Shown in pieces: positions 1-9,680 of a stretch of DNA of 64,000 nt. Position numbers and translations under genes: made by a program. How positions within the stretch are numbered: position 1 is the first letter of the stretch; each line of letters starts with the position of its first letter. The notes beneath the pieces were generated by a model, which did no database searches, was not told the origin of the DNA, and saw only the letters and a program-made list of their open reading frames with translations. The stretch lies in NCBI GenBank assembly GCA_963718235.1, contig CAVQYR010000002.1, positions 576,001 through 640,000 of the forward strand, written 5' to 3'. This stretch comes from an uncultured Actinomycetota bacterium. Lineage in GTDB: Bacteria > Actinomycetota > Actinomycetes > JAHEKZ01.

Positions 1-948
1 GACCGCCAGCCTGGCGAGGGTCTCCGAGGATGCCCCCTGGTACTCGGCCGGGTACTCCAGTGCGCCGATCCCGATGATGGCGCCCTGGCCCTGCATCAGC
101 CTTGGCACCGAGTGGACCGTGCCGATCGTCCCGGGGTTGGTGATGCTCATGGTCGTTCCGGCGAAGTCGTCGGCGGTGAGCTTGGCGCTGCGGGCCCGGC
201 GCACGATGTCCTCGTAGGCGGCCCAGAACTGGGTGAAGTCCATCAGGTCGGCGGCCTTGATGCTCGGGACGACCAGCTGACGGCTCCCGTCGTCCTTGGC
301 CAGGTCGATGGCCAGGCCGAGGTTCAGGTGCTCAGGGCGGATCACGACCGGCTTGCCCTCGACCTCGCCGTAGGAGGCGTTCATCTCCGGCATGGTGTCG
401 AGCGCCTGCACCAGCGCCCACCCGATCAGGTGGGTGAACGAGATCTTGCCGCCGCGGCTGCGGCGCAGGTGGTTGTTGATCACGGTGCGGTTGTCGATCA
501 GGAGCTTCGCGGGGACCGAGCGAACGCTCGTCGCGGTCGGAACCGCGAGCGAGGCCTCCATGTTGGTGACGACCCGCGCCGCCGGCCCGCGCAGGACGGT
601 GGTGTCGGACCCGGCGGGAGGTGGCGGGACCGGGGCGATGGGGCCGGCAGCGGTCGGCGTCGGAGCAGGCTGGGCGGGAGCCGGGTGGGCCGGAGCGGGC
701 GCAGGCACGGGAGTGACCGGAGCGGGGGCCACGGGGGTGATGGTCACTGCGGTGGCGTCCGGTGGCGGGGTCGGCACCCGGGAGGCCGCTGCGCTCGCCT
801 CGGAAGGCCGGTAGTCGTCGAAGAACCCGTGCCACGCCGGGTCGACCGACGAGGGGTCCGCGAGGTACTGCTGGTACAGCTCGTCGACCAGCCACTGGTT
901 GGGCCCGAACTCCGCGGATCGACTGGTCTGCTGCGGTTGAGTGGTCAC
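1..948 (-). CDS. kgd: Multifunctional 2-oxoglutarate decarboxylase/dehydrogenase (Kgd/SucA), N-terminal part; continues off the left edge
   Basis: Manual translation from GTG 948 (GAGGA RBS): [16 protein letters not shown]...[40 protein letters not shown]...[32 protein letters not shown], typical actinobacterial Kgd. Not in the ORF track because there is no stop in the window. Confidence 0.95.
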   Translation of the reverse strand, partial: MTTQPQQTSRSAEFGPNQWLVDELYQQYLADPSSVDPAWHGFFDDYRPSEASAAASRVPTPPPDATAVTITPVAPAPVTPVPAPAPAHPAPAQPAPTPTAAGPIAPVPPPPAGSDTTVLRGPAARVVTNMEASLAVPTATSVRSVPAKLLIDNRTVINNHLRRSRGGKISFTHLIGWALVQALDTMPEMNASYGEVEGKPVVIRPEHLNLGLAIDLAKDDGSRQLVVPSIKAADLMDFTQFWAAYEDIVRRARSAKLTADDFAGTTMSITNPGTIGTVHSVPRLMQGQGAIIGIGALEYPAEYQGASSETLARLAV

Positions 949-1052
949 AGGTCCTCGCATCGACGGTCGGTGCCCTCAGCCTAGACCGGTTGACGGCGTC
1001 GGGCCGCGCACCGCCGAGTTGCGGATCGGTCCGGACCCGGCACGGTGGAGCC

Positions 1053-1778
1053 ATGCCATCGTCCCGTCAGGTCGCGCTGGTCACCGGAGGTTCCCGGGGG
1101 ATCGGGCGCGCGGTGGCAACCGGGCTGGCTGAGGCGGGGGCGACCGTCGTCATCGTGGCGCGCGACGAAGAGCGAGTCTCGGTGACTGCCCGTGAGCTGG
1201 TGGACGACGGGCTCGACGTCGTCGGGTTCGCCTGCGACGTGTCCGACGACCAGGCCGTGCGAGAGCTGCCCCAGCGTCTCGGCCCCCTCGCGGAGGTCGA
1301 CGTGCTCGTCAACGCAGCTGGGGTGATGAGTGAGCGGATGGCCAAGTCGTTGCGCGCAGACGACGCCGAGTGGCGACGGGTCCTCGGGACCAACCTCGAG
1401 GGTCCGGTCCGGATGGTGCGCACCTTCGCGCCGGGCATGGTCGAGCGACGCGACGGGCGGATCATCAACGTGTCCGCCTGCCTGGGTCGGTTCACCGGAC
1501 CGGGACTCGCCGGTGGCCTGGCTCCCTACCGGGTCAGCAAGAGTGCGCTGAACGCCTACACCCGCAACCTGGCCGCCGAGCTCGGCTTCGGCCGGCGTGG
1601 TGTCTTCGCCGACGTGGTCTGCCCCGGCCACTGCCGGACCGACCTGGGGGGAGCGAGCGCCCCGAGGTCACCGGAGCAGGGCGCTGACACGGTCCTCTGG
1701 CTCGCCGGTCGTACGGTGGACCCCGGTCCCGACTCGACCGGGCTGCTCTGGGAGGACCGCGCGGTGGTCCCGTGGTGA
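1053..1778 (+). CDS. SDR family NAD(P)-dependent oxidoreductase (carbonyl reductase-like)
   Basis: TGGSRGIG Rossmann motif, LVNAAG, YRVSK catalytic motif, PGHCRTDLGG; start taken at ATG 1053. Confidence 0.9.
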   Translation: MPSSRQVALVTGGSRGIGRAVATGLAEAGATVVIVARDEERVSVTARELVDDGLDVVGFACDVSDDQAVRELPQRLGPLAEVDVLVNAAGVMSERMAKSLRADDAEWRRVLGTNLEGPVRMVRTFAPGMVERRDGRIINVSACLGRFTGPGLAGGLAPYRVSKSALNAYTRNLAAELGFGRRGVFADVVCPGHCRTDLGGASAPRSPEQGADTVLWLAGRTVDPGPDSTGLLWEDRAVVPW

Positions 1779-1782
1779 GGGC

Positions 1783-2553
1783 TCAGGTGACGTCGCGGCG
1801 CACCGTCGTCCGGGCGCCGACGAGGGCCAGCACGATCCCGTAGGCGGCGAACAGTGCCGCGCCGGCTCCTTGGCCGAGCAGCTCGCCCCCGCGCATAGGC
1901 TGCCCGAGTGTCATCGCCGAGGCCGCCCCACCGGGCAGCCACCGACCGACCTCTGGCACGAAGGTGACGAGCAGGGACTCCACGAGCAGCATCCAGACCA
2001 GCGCCACCGCGAGGGCGGCGACCTGGTTGCGCACGAGCGCGCCGAACCCCACGCCGAGCACGGCGTACAAGGTCACCGCCACCAGGCACCCGAGCAGGAT
2101 CTGCGGGACCTGGTCGTCGGCCGACACGGTGACGCCCTTCCAGTCCAGCATCGGCCAGGCGATGGCCACGGTGAGCGCGATCCCAGCCGCGGCGTACCCG
2201 ACGGCGACGATCGGCAGGGCGAGCGCCTTGGCCGCGATGACCCGACCGCGTCGGGGCACCGCCATGAAGGTGCTGACCGCGGTGCCGTGGCGGAACTCCG
2301 AGGTGACCGACAAGACCCCCAGGAGCAGCGTGAAGACCGCCGCCTGCAACGTGGCGGCGAACACGTTGCGAATCCCCTCGGGGGAGTCCAGCGCTGGGAT
2401 GCCCTGCTGGGCCGGGGCCTGGTCGCTCGCCAGGACCTGGGCCACCACGTTGACCGTGGTGAGGACGAGGAAGCCCAGCAGCAGCCCCCAGACGGCCCGG
2501 GTGGTCGCGGTCTTGCGGAGCTCGACCCGCACCTGGCGCAGCAGGCCCCTCAT
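1783..2553 (-). CDS. ABC-2 type exporter permease
   Basis: About six hydrophobic segments, EFRHGT...PRR motif; ATGA overlap with the ATPase gene. Confidence 0.88.
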   Translation of the reverse strand: MRGLLRQVRVELRKTATTRAVWGLLLGFLVLTTVNVVAQVLASDQAPAQQGIPALDSPEGIRNVFAATLQAAVFTLLLGVLSVTSEFRHGTAVSTFMAVPRRGRVIAAKALALPIVAVGYAAAGIALTVAIAWPMLDWKGVTVSADDQVPQILLGCLVAVTLYAVLGVGFGALVRNQVAALAVALVWMLLVESLLVTFVPEVGRWLPGGAASAMTLGQPMRGGELLGQGAGAALFAAYGIVLALVGARTTVRRDVT

Positions 2554-3530
2554 CTGCGGCTCCCGTCGCGTGACTCCTCGACGAGGCGCAGGAACACCGA
2601 CTCGAGGTCGGGCTGCTCGTCGACGAGCCAGTGGACGGCGATGCCGGCGCGGGCGGCGATGTCACCGACCTCGGCGGCCGAGGCACCGTGCACCGCGAGC
2701 GTGTCGCCCGGCCCGGCGTCTGCTGGGGGCTCGGCGCGGTGCCCGAGGGCGGCGAGTGCGACCGCAAGATCGTCGGCCTGGGGTGAACGGACGAGCACGG
2801 TCGTCGCCTGGTCGGCGAGCAGCTCGTGGAGCGGCGCGGCACGGACCAGCCGGCCGCGGTCGATGATCACGACGTCGTCGGCGATCTGGGCCACCTCGGC
2901 AAGCGCGTGGCTGGAGACCAGCACCGTGCGACCGTCGTCGGCGAGGAACCTCAGGAACCCGCGCAGCCAGGCCACGCCCTCCGGGTCGAGCCCGTTCGCC
3001 GGCTCGTCGAGCAGCAGCACCTGTGGGTCGGCGACGAGTGCGGTGGCCAGCCCGAGCCGTTGCCGCATGCCCAGGGAGAAGCCGGCGACCCTACGGTCGG
3101 CCACGTCGGCCAGGCCCACCTGCACGAGCAGGTCCTCGACCCGCTTCGCACCCGCACGACCCCCGCGACCGGCCTGCAGGGTGACGACGCGCAGGTGGTT
3201 GCGGGCCGTCCGCCCGGGGTGGAAGCCCCCGCTGTCCAGCGCGGCCCCGACCATCCCGCACGGGTCGGGCAGGTCGGCGAACCGACGTCCGGCGACCAGG
3301 GCCACACCGGCGCTCGGGCGCACGAGACCGACCAGGGTGCGCAAGGTGGTCGTCTTTCCCGCGCCGTTGGGGCCGAGGAAGCCGGTGACGGAGCCGGGCT
3401 CGGCCCGGAAGGACAGTCCGTCGAGCGCGACGACGTTTCCGAACGACTTGGTGAGCGCATCGACCTGCACCGCAGCGCCGGCTTCGGGGCCGGTGGCGGT
3501 GGCGGGGAGGTCGCCGTCGACGCCCGGCAC
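2550..3530 (-). CDS. ABC exporter ATP-binding protein
   Basis: GPNGAGKTT, FSLGMRQR, LLLDEP, SSH; start uncertain (GTG 3530 chosen). Confidence 0.9.
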   Translation of the reverse strand: MPGVDGDLPATATGPEAGAAVQVDALTKSFGNVVALDGLSFRAEPGSVTGFLGPNGAGKTTTLRTLVGLVRPSAGVALVAGRRFADLPDPCGMVGAALDSGGFHPGRTARNHLRVVTLQAGRGGRAGAKRVEDLLVQVGLADVADRRVAGFSLGMRQRLGLATALVADPQVLLLDEPANGLDPEGVAWLRGFLRFLADDGRTVLVSSHALAEVAQIADDVVIIDRGRLVRAAPLHELLADQATTVLVRSPQADDLAVALAALGHRAEPPADAGPGDTLAVHGASAAEVGDIAARAGIAVHWLVDEQPDLESVFLRLVEESRDGSRR

Positions 3531-3532
3531 GG

Positions 3533-4609
3533 TCAGCCCCGAAGCCCGTGCAACGTTGCGAGCACCAGCGAACCGAGCGTCGGAAGGTGGTACCCACCCT
3601 CCTGGACCGCCACCACAGGGACACCGAGCTGCCGGATCAGCGAACCCGCGGCCCGGTAGCCGTCGTGGGTGATCCGAAGGGGGCTCTCCGGGTCGGCCGC
3701 AGCCGCGTCGACGCCGAGCGAGACGACGACCGCGGAGGCGCCGAAGCCGGCGACGTCGGCGACGATCGACTCGAGACCGGTGAGCCACGGGTCATCCGGT
3801 GTCTCCGGCGCCAGGGGGAGGTTGCGGTTCGTTCCGAGGCCGGCGCCACGTCCGCGCTCGTCGGCGAAGCCCATGTAGTGCGGGAACCAGCCGCACCCCG
3901 GGTCGATGTGCAGGGAACCGTAGAAGACGTCGGCGCGGTCGTAGAAGAGCATCTGCGTGCCGTTGCCGTGGTGGGCGTCGATGTCGATGACCGCGACCCG
4001 CTCATGGCCGCCGTTGCGCAGCGCCTGCGCGGCAACTCCCGCGTTGTTCAGGTAGCACGAGCCGCCGTAGGAGTCACGCGTCACGTGGTGCCCGGGAGGA
4101 CGGCAGATCCCGTACACCACCGGCTCGCCGGCCAGGCTGCGGTCGACGGCGGTCAGGGCGACGTCGACGGCTCCACGGGCCGCCTCCCAGGTGCCGGGCC
4201 CGATGAGGGTCATGGTGTCGTACCCGTAGCGACCGGCCCGACCGTGCACCCCGGCCGGGCGGCGCAGCGGGAGTCCCGACAGCATCCCCGGCGTGGGGAA
4301 CACGTAGGGGACGATCCGGTCCTGGCCGGGGTCGTCGAGGAAGCCGTCGGCCACCCACTCGTCGTACCCGTCCCGCAGGAAGCCGAGCAGGCCGTCGTCG
4401 TGGACCTGTCGCAGCACGGTGTCGTCGTGGGGTGCTGCGTCCAAGATCCGTGCACCGGCCTCCTCGGCTGCGAGCCGGATCACCTGCGGGCGTTCCTTCA
4501 GCTCGGTGCCGGCGATGGCGACCCCGAGCCAGACCTCGGCCTTCGGGTCGTGGAGCAGGCTCGACTCCGACCACACCACGGTCATGTCCAGGGGCTCGTT
4601 CACGCTCAT
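3533..4609 (-). CDS. Histone deacetylase family / acetylpolyamine amidohydrolase-like Zn amidohydrolase
   Basis: RPPGHH, GGSCYLNN, DIDAHHGNGTQ, SLGVD and EGGY motifs; start ATG 4609 (or 4585). Confidence 0.9.
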   Translation of the reverse strand: MSVNEPLDMTVVWSESSLLHDPKAEVWLGVAIAGTELKERPQVIRLAAEEAGARILDAAPHDDTVLRQVHDDGLLGFLRDGYDEWVADGFLDDPGQDRIVPYVFPTPGMLSGLPLRRPAGVHGRAGRYGYDTMTLIGPGTWEAARGAVDVALTAVDRSLAGEPVVYGICRPPGHHVTRDSYGGSCYLNNAGVAAQALRNGGHERVAVIDIDAHHGNGTQMLFYDRADVFYGSLHIDPGCGWFPHYMGFADERGRGAGLGTNRNLPLAPETPDDPWLTGLESIVADVAGFGASAVVVSLGVDAAAADPESPLRITHDGYRAAGSLIRQLGVPVVAVQEGGYHLPTLGSLVLATLHGLRG

Positions 4610-4628
4610 GTGCGGCATGCTGGCACGC

Positions 4629-5732
4629 ATGCCTCGTGCGCGTGACATCGGACTCGCCATCGGCCCACTTCCCGTGGGGCCCACCAACTCCTTGCTCGAC
4701 GTCCCCGGGGTCGGGGTCGGGCACTCCACCGTGGTGCGTGACGAACCGGACCCACCGGCGGGGCGCGGGGTGGCCCGCACGGGCGTCACCGTCGTCGACC
4801 CGGGCGGGGAGACCTTTGTCCGGCCCGTTCCGTTCGGGTCGGCCGTCCTGAACGGGGCCGGTGAGGTCACCGGTCTGCTGGGAGGACGCGAGTGGGGGCT
4901 GCTCGAGACCCCGGTCTTCCTCACGTCGACCATGCAGCTGGGCCGGGTGTACGACGCCGCGTGCGGGCTGATGATCGAGGAGAACCCGCTGGTCGGAGCC
5001 GACGAGGTGGTGATCCCCGTCGTGGGGGAGTGCGACGACTCCTTCCTCAACGACGCTCGCCGGATGCAGGTCACGGTCGACGACGTGCGTGCGGCGCTCG
5101 AGGCCGCCCGAGCGAGCGTTGGGGCCGCCCAGCCACCCGCCGAGGGAGCCGTGGGTTCTGGAACCGGCATGCAGTGCCTGGGCTGGAAGGGCGGGATCGG
5201 CACGTCGTCACGGGTGCTGCCCTCCGGGCACACCCTCGGGGTGCTGCTCATGTCCAACTTCGGTGAGGCCGAGCGGCTCACCGTCGACGGCGTGCGGGTG
5301 GGCGACCACCTGCGCCCCGAGGCCGCCGACGGGGTGGCCATCGACCCCGGCCCCAAGGGGTCGTGCATCGTGGTGGTCGGCACCGACGCACCGGTCGACT
5401 CCTCGACCTGCGACCGGCTGGCCCGTCGGGCGGGCCTCGGGCTCGCCCGCACCGGCTCGACGGCCCATCACGGCTCCGGTGAGATATTCGTCGCGTTCGG
5501 AACCGGTCAGCGGACCCGGCGCGGTGGGTCACCCGCTGTCCCCCCGGTCCGCGGCAGCGCCCTCGACGACTTCTTCGCCGCCGTCGTCGACGCCACCGAG
5601 GAGGCCGTGCTCAACTCGATGCTCCAGGCGCGCACGACAAAGGGGCGTTCCGGGAACACCCTGCACGCGCTCCCGGTCAGTGACCTGACGACGCTGCTGA
5701 CTCGGTACGGTCGGCTCGCCCGCTCGACGTGA
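4629..5732 (+). CDS. P1 family peptidase (DmpA/BapA-like self-cleaving aminopeptidase)
   Basis: MPRARDIG...GPTNSLLDVPGVGVGH, NGAGEVTG, VVGECDDSFLND, GWKGGIGTSSR, G|SCIVVVGTDAP autocleavage site, HGSGEIF. Confidence 0.92.
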   Translation: MPRARDIGLAIGPLPVGPTNSLLDVPGVGVGHSTVVRDEPDPPAGRGVARTGVTVVDPGGETFVRPVPFGSAVLNGAGEVTGLLGGREWGLLETPVFLTSTMQLGRVYDAACGLMIEENPLVGADEVVIPVVGECDDSFLNDARRMQVTVDDVRAALEAARASVGAAQPPAEGAVGSGTGMQCLGWKGGIGTSSRVLPSGHTLGVLLMSNFGEAERLTVDGVRVGDHLRPEAADGVAIDPGPKGSCIVVVGTDAPVDSSTCDRLARRAGLGLARTGSTAHHGSGEIFVAFGTGQRTRRGGSPAVPPVRGSALDDFFAAVVDATEEAVLNSMLQARTTKGRSGNTLHALPVSDLTTLLTRYGRLARST

Positions 5733-6735
5733 GCCAGCAGGCGCACCTGTGCTCGCTGATCGCGGGAAGGACCGGCAGGTCTGCCGCGGCGCAGTGGTCG
5801 GCCACCCCTGCCGCGGCTGCCGAACCGTCGGCCAGCGACTGGCAGCGCGGGTGGAACCGGCACCCGGTCGGGATCCTGGTCGGGTCCGGCGGCTCTCCGG
5901 TGAGCACGATCGGTTCGCGGTGCTCGATCTCGGGGACGACCGAGAGCAGCGCCTGGGTGTAGGGGTGCTGCGGGTTGGCCAGGACCTCCTCGGTGGGACC
6001 TTGCTCGACGACCCGGCCGAGGTACATCACGACGATCCGGTCGGCGATGTTCCACGCCAGCCCGAAGTCGTGGGTCACGACCAGCACCGTCAGGCCGAGC
6101 TCCTGACGCAAGCGAAGGAGCAGGGCGAGGATCTCGCCACGCACCGACGCGTCCAGCGACGACACCGGCTCGTCGGCGACCAGGACCTGAGGTTCCAGGG
6201 CGAGGGCACCGGCGATGACCACCCGCTGACGCTGTCCTCCTGATAGCTCGTGGGGGTAGCGCAGGAAGAACCGCTCGGGGGGACGCAGCCCGGCCTCGGA
6301 GAGGGCGTTGCGCACCTGCCCGAGCTCATCGGGCATCTTGTGCACCCGCGGTCCTTCGGCGACCGCCTCGTACACCGAGTGCCGAGGGTTGAGTGAGCCG
6401 GAGGGGTCCTGCAGGATCAGCTGCACCTTGCGCCGGTAGGCCTTGAGGTCCTTGGCCCGGTACGACAGGGGAACGCCGTTGTGCAGCACCTCTCCGGCCG
6501 CCGGGCGCTCCAACCCGAGGATGCTGCGGGCCAGGGTGGTCTTGCCGCAGCCGGACTCACCGACGATCGCGACGATCTCGCCCTTGGCCACGGAGAAGTT
6601 CACCCCGTCCAAGGCTCGCGCCTGACCGCCGCCCCGGGCCCGGAAGACCACCTCGAGGTCACGGACCTCGATCACCGGCTGGCTCGAGGCCTCACCCACG
6701 GGTTCACTCACTGGGTCACTTACTGGGTCACTCAC
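5677..6735 (-). CDS. Oligopeptide/dipeptide ABC transporter ATP-binding protein (OppF/DppF-like)
   Basis: GESGCGKTT, LSGGQRQR, ADEP, HPYT and GCRFHPRC C-terminal domain; GTG 6735 overlaps the upstream TGA. Confidence 0.92.
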   Translation of the reverse strand: MSDPVSDPVSEPVGEASSQPVIEVRDLEVVFRARGGGQARALDGVNFSVAKGEIVAIVGESGCGKTTLARSILGLERPAAGEVLHNGVPLSYRAKDLKAYRRKVQLILQDPSGSLNPRHSVYEAVAEGPRVHKMPDELGQVRNALSEAGLRPPERFFLRYPHELSGGQRQRVVIAGALALEPQVLVADEPVSSLDASVRGEILALLLRLRQELGLTVLVVTHDFGLAWNIADRIVVMYLGRVVEQGPTEEVLANPQHPYTQALLSVVPEIEHREPIVLTGEPPDPTRIPTGCRFHPRCQSLADGSAAAAGVADHCAAADLPVLPAISEHRCACWLTSSGRADRTESAASSGH

Positions 6736-6742
6736 TGGGTCA
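6695..6742. repeat. 12-bp tandem repeat (3 near-perfect plus 1 degenerate copy) at a gene junction
   Basis: cccacgggttca-ctcactgggtca-cttactgggtca-ctcactgggtca; encodes VSDP-VSDP-VSEP-VGE on the minus strand. Confidence 0.85.
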
Positions 6743-7706
6743 CCACCGACGCCACGTGGATGCATGCGGCGAAGTGCTCGTCGGCCGCCGGGCGCAGCGG
6801 CGGCTCGGCCGCCGCGCAGGCGTCCTCGGCCTCCGGGCACCGCGGCCGGAACGGGCAACCCGACGCGAGCTCGCCTGGGAACGGCGGGTCACCGGGGAGT
6901 CCCTCGGGAGCGAACCGCGAGGTGCTGTCACCGATCGTCGGGAAGGCCGCAGACAGGGCACGGGTGTAAGGGTGCTGCGGGCGCCGGAAGACGTTGCTGC
7001 CCGGTCCGGTCTCGACCACCTTTCCGGCGTACATCACCATGACCCGGTCGCAGGTCGTGGCCAGGACCGACAGGTCGTGGCTGATGATCATCAGGGCGAG
7101 CCCGTGGTCCTTGGCGATCTCCTGAAGCAGGTCGAGGACCTGGGCCTGCACCATCACGTCGAGGGCGGTCGTCGGCTCGTCGGCGATCAGCAGCTGGGGG
7201 CGGCAGGCCAGGGCCAGGGCGATCATGATCCGCTGCTTCTGGCCGCCGGACATCTGGTGCGGGTACGCATCGGCCAGCCGACCCGGGAGGCCGACCTGCT
7301 CGATCAGCTCGACGACGCGGGCCCGCGCCGACTCCGGCGTGGCCGACTTGTCGTGCAGCAGGATCGGCTCGCTCAGCTGCTTGTTGATCCGCTGGATCGG
7401 GTTCAGCGAGTGCAGGGCTCCCTGGAACACCACCGACGCCTTGGCCCACCGGGCTGCACGCACCTGCCCCCAGTTCATGGTCAGGACGTCTTCGCCGTCC
7501 AGCAGGACCTCGCCGGTGACGGTGGCGTCCCTCGGGAACAGCCGCAGCACGGTGGAGGCGAGGGTCGACTTGCCGCACCCCGACTCACCGGCGATGCCGA
7601 GCACCTCGCCGCTGTCGAGGGTCAGGTCGACACCGCGGACGGCCGGGACCGGACCGTCCTCGGAGGCGTACGTCACGTGCACGTCGCGCATCTCCAGCAT
7701 CGGCAT
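6732..7706 (-). CDS. Oligopeptide/dipeptide ABC transporter ATP-binding protein (OppD/DppD-like)
   Basis: GESGCGKST, MSGGQKQR, ADEPTTALD, GCPFRPRC. Confidence 0.93.
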   Translation of the reverse strand: MPMLEMRDVHVTYASEDGPVPAVRGVDLTLDSGEVLGIAGESGCGKSTLASTVLRLFPRDATVTGEVLLDGEDVLTMNWGQVRAARWAKASVVFQGALHSLNPIQRINKQLSEPILLHDKSATPESARARVVELIEQVGLPGRLADAYPHQMSGGQKQRIMIALALACRPQLLIADEPTTALDVMVQAQVLDLLQEIAKDHGLALMIISHDLSVLATTCDRVMVMYAGKVVETGPGSNVFRRPQHPYTRALSAAFPTIGDSTSRFAPEGLPGDPPFPGELASGCPFRPRCPEAEDACAAAEPPLRPAADEHFAACIHVASVVTQ

Positions 7707-7707
7707 G

Positions 7708-8628
7708 TCAGCCCTCCTTCAGCCGGGGGTTCAGGACGACCTCCAGGGCGCGGCCGATCAACGTGAACGCCAGCACGATCACGATGACGGCCAGGCCGGG
7801 CGGCAGCAGGTACCACCAGGCGCCACTCGACGCAGCACCCGCCCCCACCGCCTTGTCGAGCATGGTGCCCCACGAGTCGAGGAACGCCGGACCCAGCCCC
7901 AGGAACGACAACGTCGTCTCGGACAGGATGACGATGGCCACGGTCAGCGTGGTGTTGGCCAGCACGAGCGGCATGACGTTGGGCAGCACGTGTCGGATCA
8001 TCTGCTGCCAGTCGCTGTCCCCGAGCACGCGGGCCCGCTCGAGGTACGGGCGGCCCTCGACGCTGAGCGTCTGGGCCCGGACCAGGCGGGACGTCCCCGG
8101 CCAGGAGGTCACACCCAGCACCAGGATGATGGTGAAGAGTCCGGTGTTCTCCAGCACGGCCGCCAACACGATGACGAGCGGGATGAACGGGATGACGAGG
8201 AACCAGTCGGTGAGCCGTTCCATCAGGGCCCCGAACCAGTTGCGGTAGTGGCCGCTGGCAATCCCGATCAGGGTGCCGAGCACCATCGACATGATCGACG
8301 CCGTGAGCCCGACGATCAGGGAGACCTGGGCTGCCCAGACGAGGACGGCGAGCACAGAGCGCCCGTTCTCGTCGGTGCCGAGCCAGAACTCGCTGCTCGG
8401 GGGGTCCAGGGCGGGGTTGTCCAGCGTCTGGGTGATGTCGAGCATCTCCCGCGGGAAGAGCAGTGGCGCCAACAGGGCAAGGCTGACCACGATGACCAGG
8501 AGGACGACCCCCGCAACTCCTGCCTTCTGGGCCAGGAAGGCCGACGTGAACCGTCGCAGCGAGGCGCGGCGCCTGGTCCAGGCGACGGCGCGTGCTGAGG
8601 CGATGGCTGGTGCGGTCACCTCGGTCAT
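7708..8628 (-). CDS. Peptide ABC transporter permease (OppC/DppC-like)
   Basis: LGTDENGR, EAA-like loop YLERARVLG, RHVLPN, LSFLGLG. Confidence 0.93.
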   Translation of the reverse strand: MTEVTAPAIASARAVAWTRRRASLRRFTSAFLAQKAGVAGVVLLVIVVSLALLAPLLFPREMLDITQTLDNPALDPPSSEFWLGTDENGRSVLAVLVWAAQVSLIVGLTASIMSMVLGTLIGIASGHYRNWFGALMERLTDWFLVIPFIPLVIVLAAVLENTGLFTIILVLGVTSWPGTSRLVRAQTLSVEGRPYLERARVLGDSDWQQMIRHVLPNVMPLVLANTTLTVAIVILSETTLSFLGLGPAFLDSWGTMLDKAVGAGAASSGAWWYLLPPGLAVIVIVLAFTLIGRALEVVLNPRLKEG

Positions 8629-9677
8629 CGGCTGATCCTCGGGTCGATCACGGCGATCACGATGTCGGCCACCATGTTGAAGAACAGGACCGAGAGCGAG
8701 AAGACCAGGAACAGCGCCTGCATGACGGCGAAGTCCTTGTCCTCGATCGCCTCGAAGGTCAGCAGGCCGAGGCCAGGGTAGGAGAAGACGGTCTCGACCG
8801 TGATCGCCCCTCCGATGATGAACCCGATGTTGAGGAAGATGAGTGTGATCGTCGGCAGCGACGCGTTCGGAACGGCGTGCCGTCGTCGGACCAGCCGGTC
8901 CATCAGGCCCTTTGCCCTGGCCGTGTTCAGGTAGTCCTGGCCGAGCTCGTCGACCATCGACGCACGCATGATGAGGGAGTACTCCGCGAGGTACACGATC
9001 GCCAGCGCCGTCGCAGGCAGCACGGTGTGGTACGCGATGTTCACGACACCCTCGAGGGACATCGCGTCGATCCCGGAGTCCTTGAACCCCCCGCTGGGGA
9101 AGATGCCGGGGAAGGGGCCGATCCCGGTGGAGAACAGCAGGATCAGGAGCAGCCCGAGCCAGAACTCAGGCGTCGCGTAGAAGAACAACGTGACCCCCGT
9201 GGAGGTCTTGTCGAAGCGGCTGCCCCGGTTCCAGCCGGCCCGGATCCCGATCCACACCCCGACCGCCGTCGCGACCAGGGTCGACGCACCGATCAGGATC
9301 AGGGTCGGCCACATCCGCCCCCCGATCAGCTCCCACACCGGTCGGCCGAACCCGGTCGAGATGGCGTCCAGGCCGAACGGGTCCTTCAGGTAGCCCCAGA
9401 ACTGCTGCGGCAGAGGGGCGGTCAGCTCGGCCCGGATCTGGGCGAGCTCCTCCGAGGAGATCCCCCGCACCCCGCGGTACTGGGCGGCCGGGTCGCCGGG
9501 CAGCATCCGGAAGAGGAAGAAGTTGAACACGAAGACGAAGACCATCGTCCCCGCTGCCGCTGCGAGTCTGCGCGCGGTGAACCGAGCCAGGCCGCCACTG
9601 GCCGTGCTGCGCCGAGACGTCTTCGCGCCGGTCGGAGCCGCCCCGGCCCCGGTGACCGCGCTCCCGTCGACCACCAA
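8625..9677 (-). CDS. Peptide ABC transporter permease (OppB/DppB-like)
   Basis: LPGDPA, PEFWLG, DYLNTARAKGL, HAVPN, VETVFSYPGLG. Confidence 0.93.
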   Translation of the reverse strand: MVVDGSAVTGAGAAPTGAKTSRRSTASGGLARFTARRLAAAAGTMVFVFVFNFFLFRMLPGDPAAQYRGVRGISSEELAQIRAELTAPLPQQFWGYLKDPFGLDAISTGFGRPVWELIGGRMWPTLILIGASTLVATAVGVWIGIRAGWNRGSRFDKTSTGVTLFFYATPEFWLGLLLILLFSTGIGPFPGIFPSGGFKDSGIDAMSLEGVVNIAYHTVLPATALAIVYLAEYSLIMRASMVDELGQDYLNTARAKGLMDRLVRRRHAVPNASLPTITLIFLNIGFIIGGAITVETVFSYPGLGLLTFEAIEDKDFAVMQALFLVFSLSVLFFNMVADIVIAVIDPRISR

Positions 9678-9680
9678 CCG

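Noticed and set aside
112-984. 290-aa plus-strand ORF
   Set aside because: Antisense to kgd.
6695-6742. Possible mini CRISPR array
   Set aside because: 12-bp head-to-tail units with no spacers and no cas genes.
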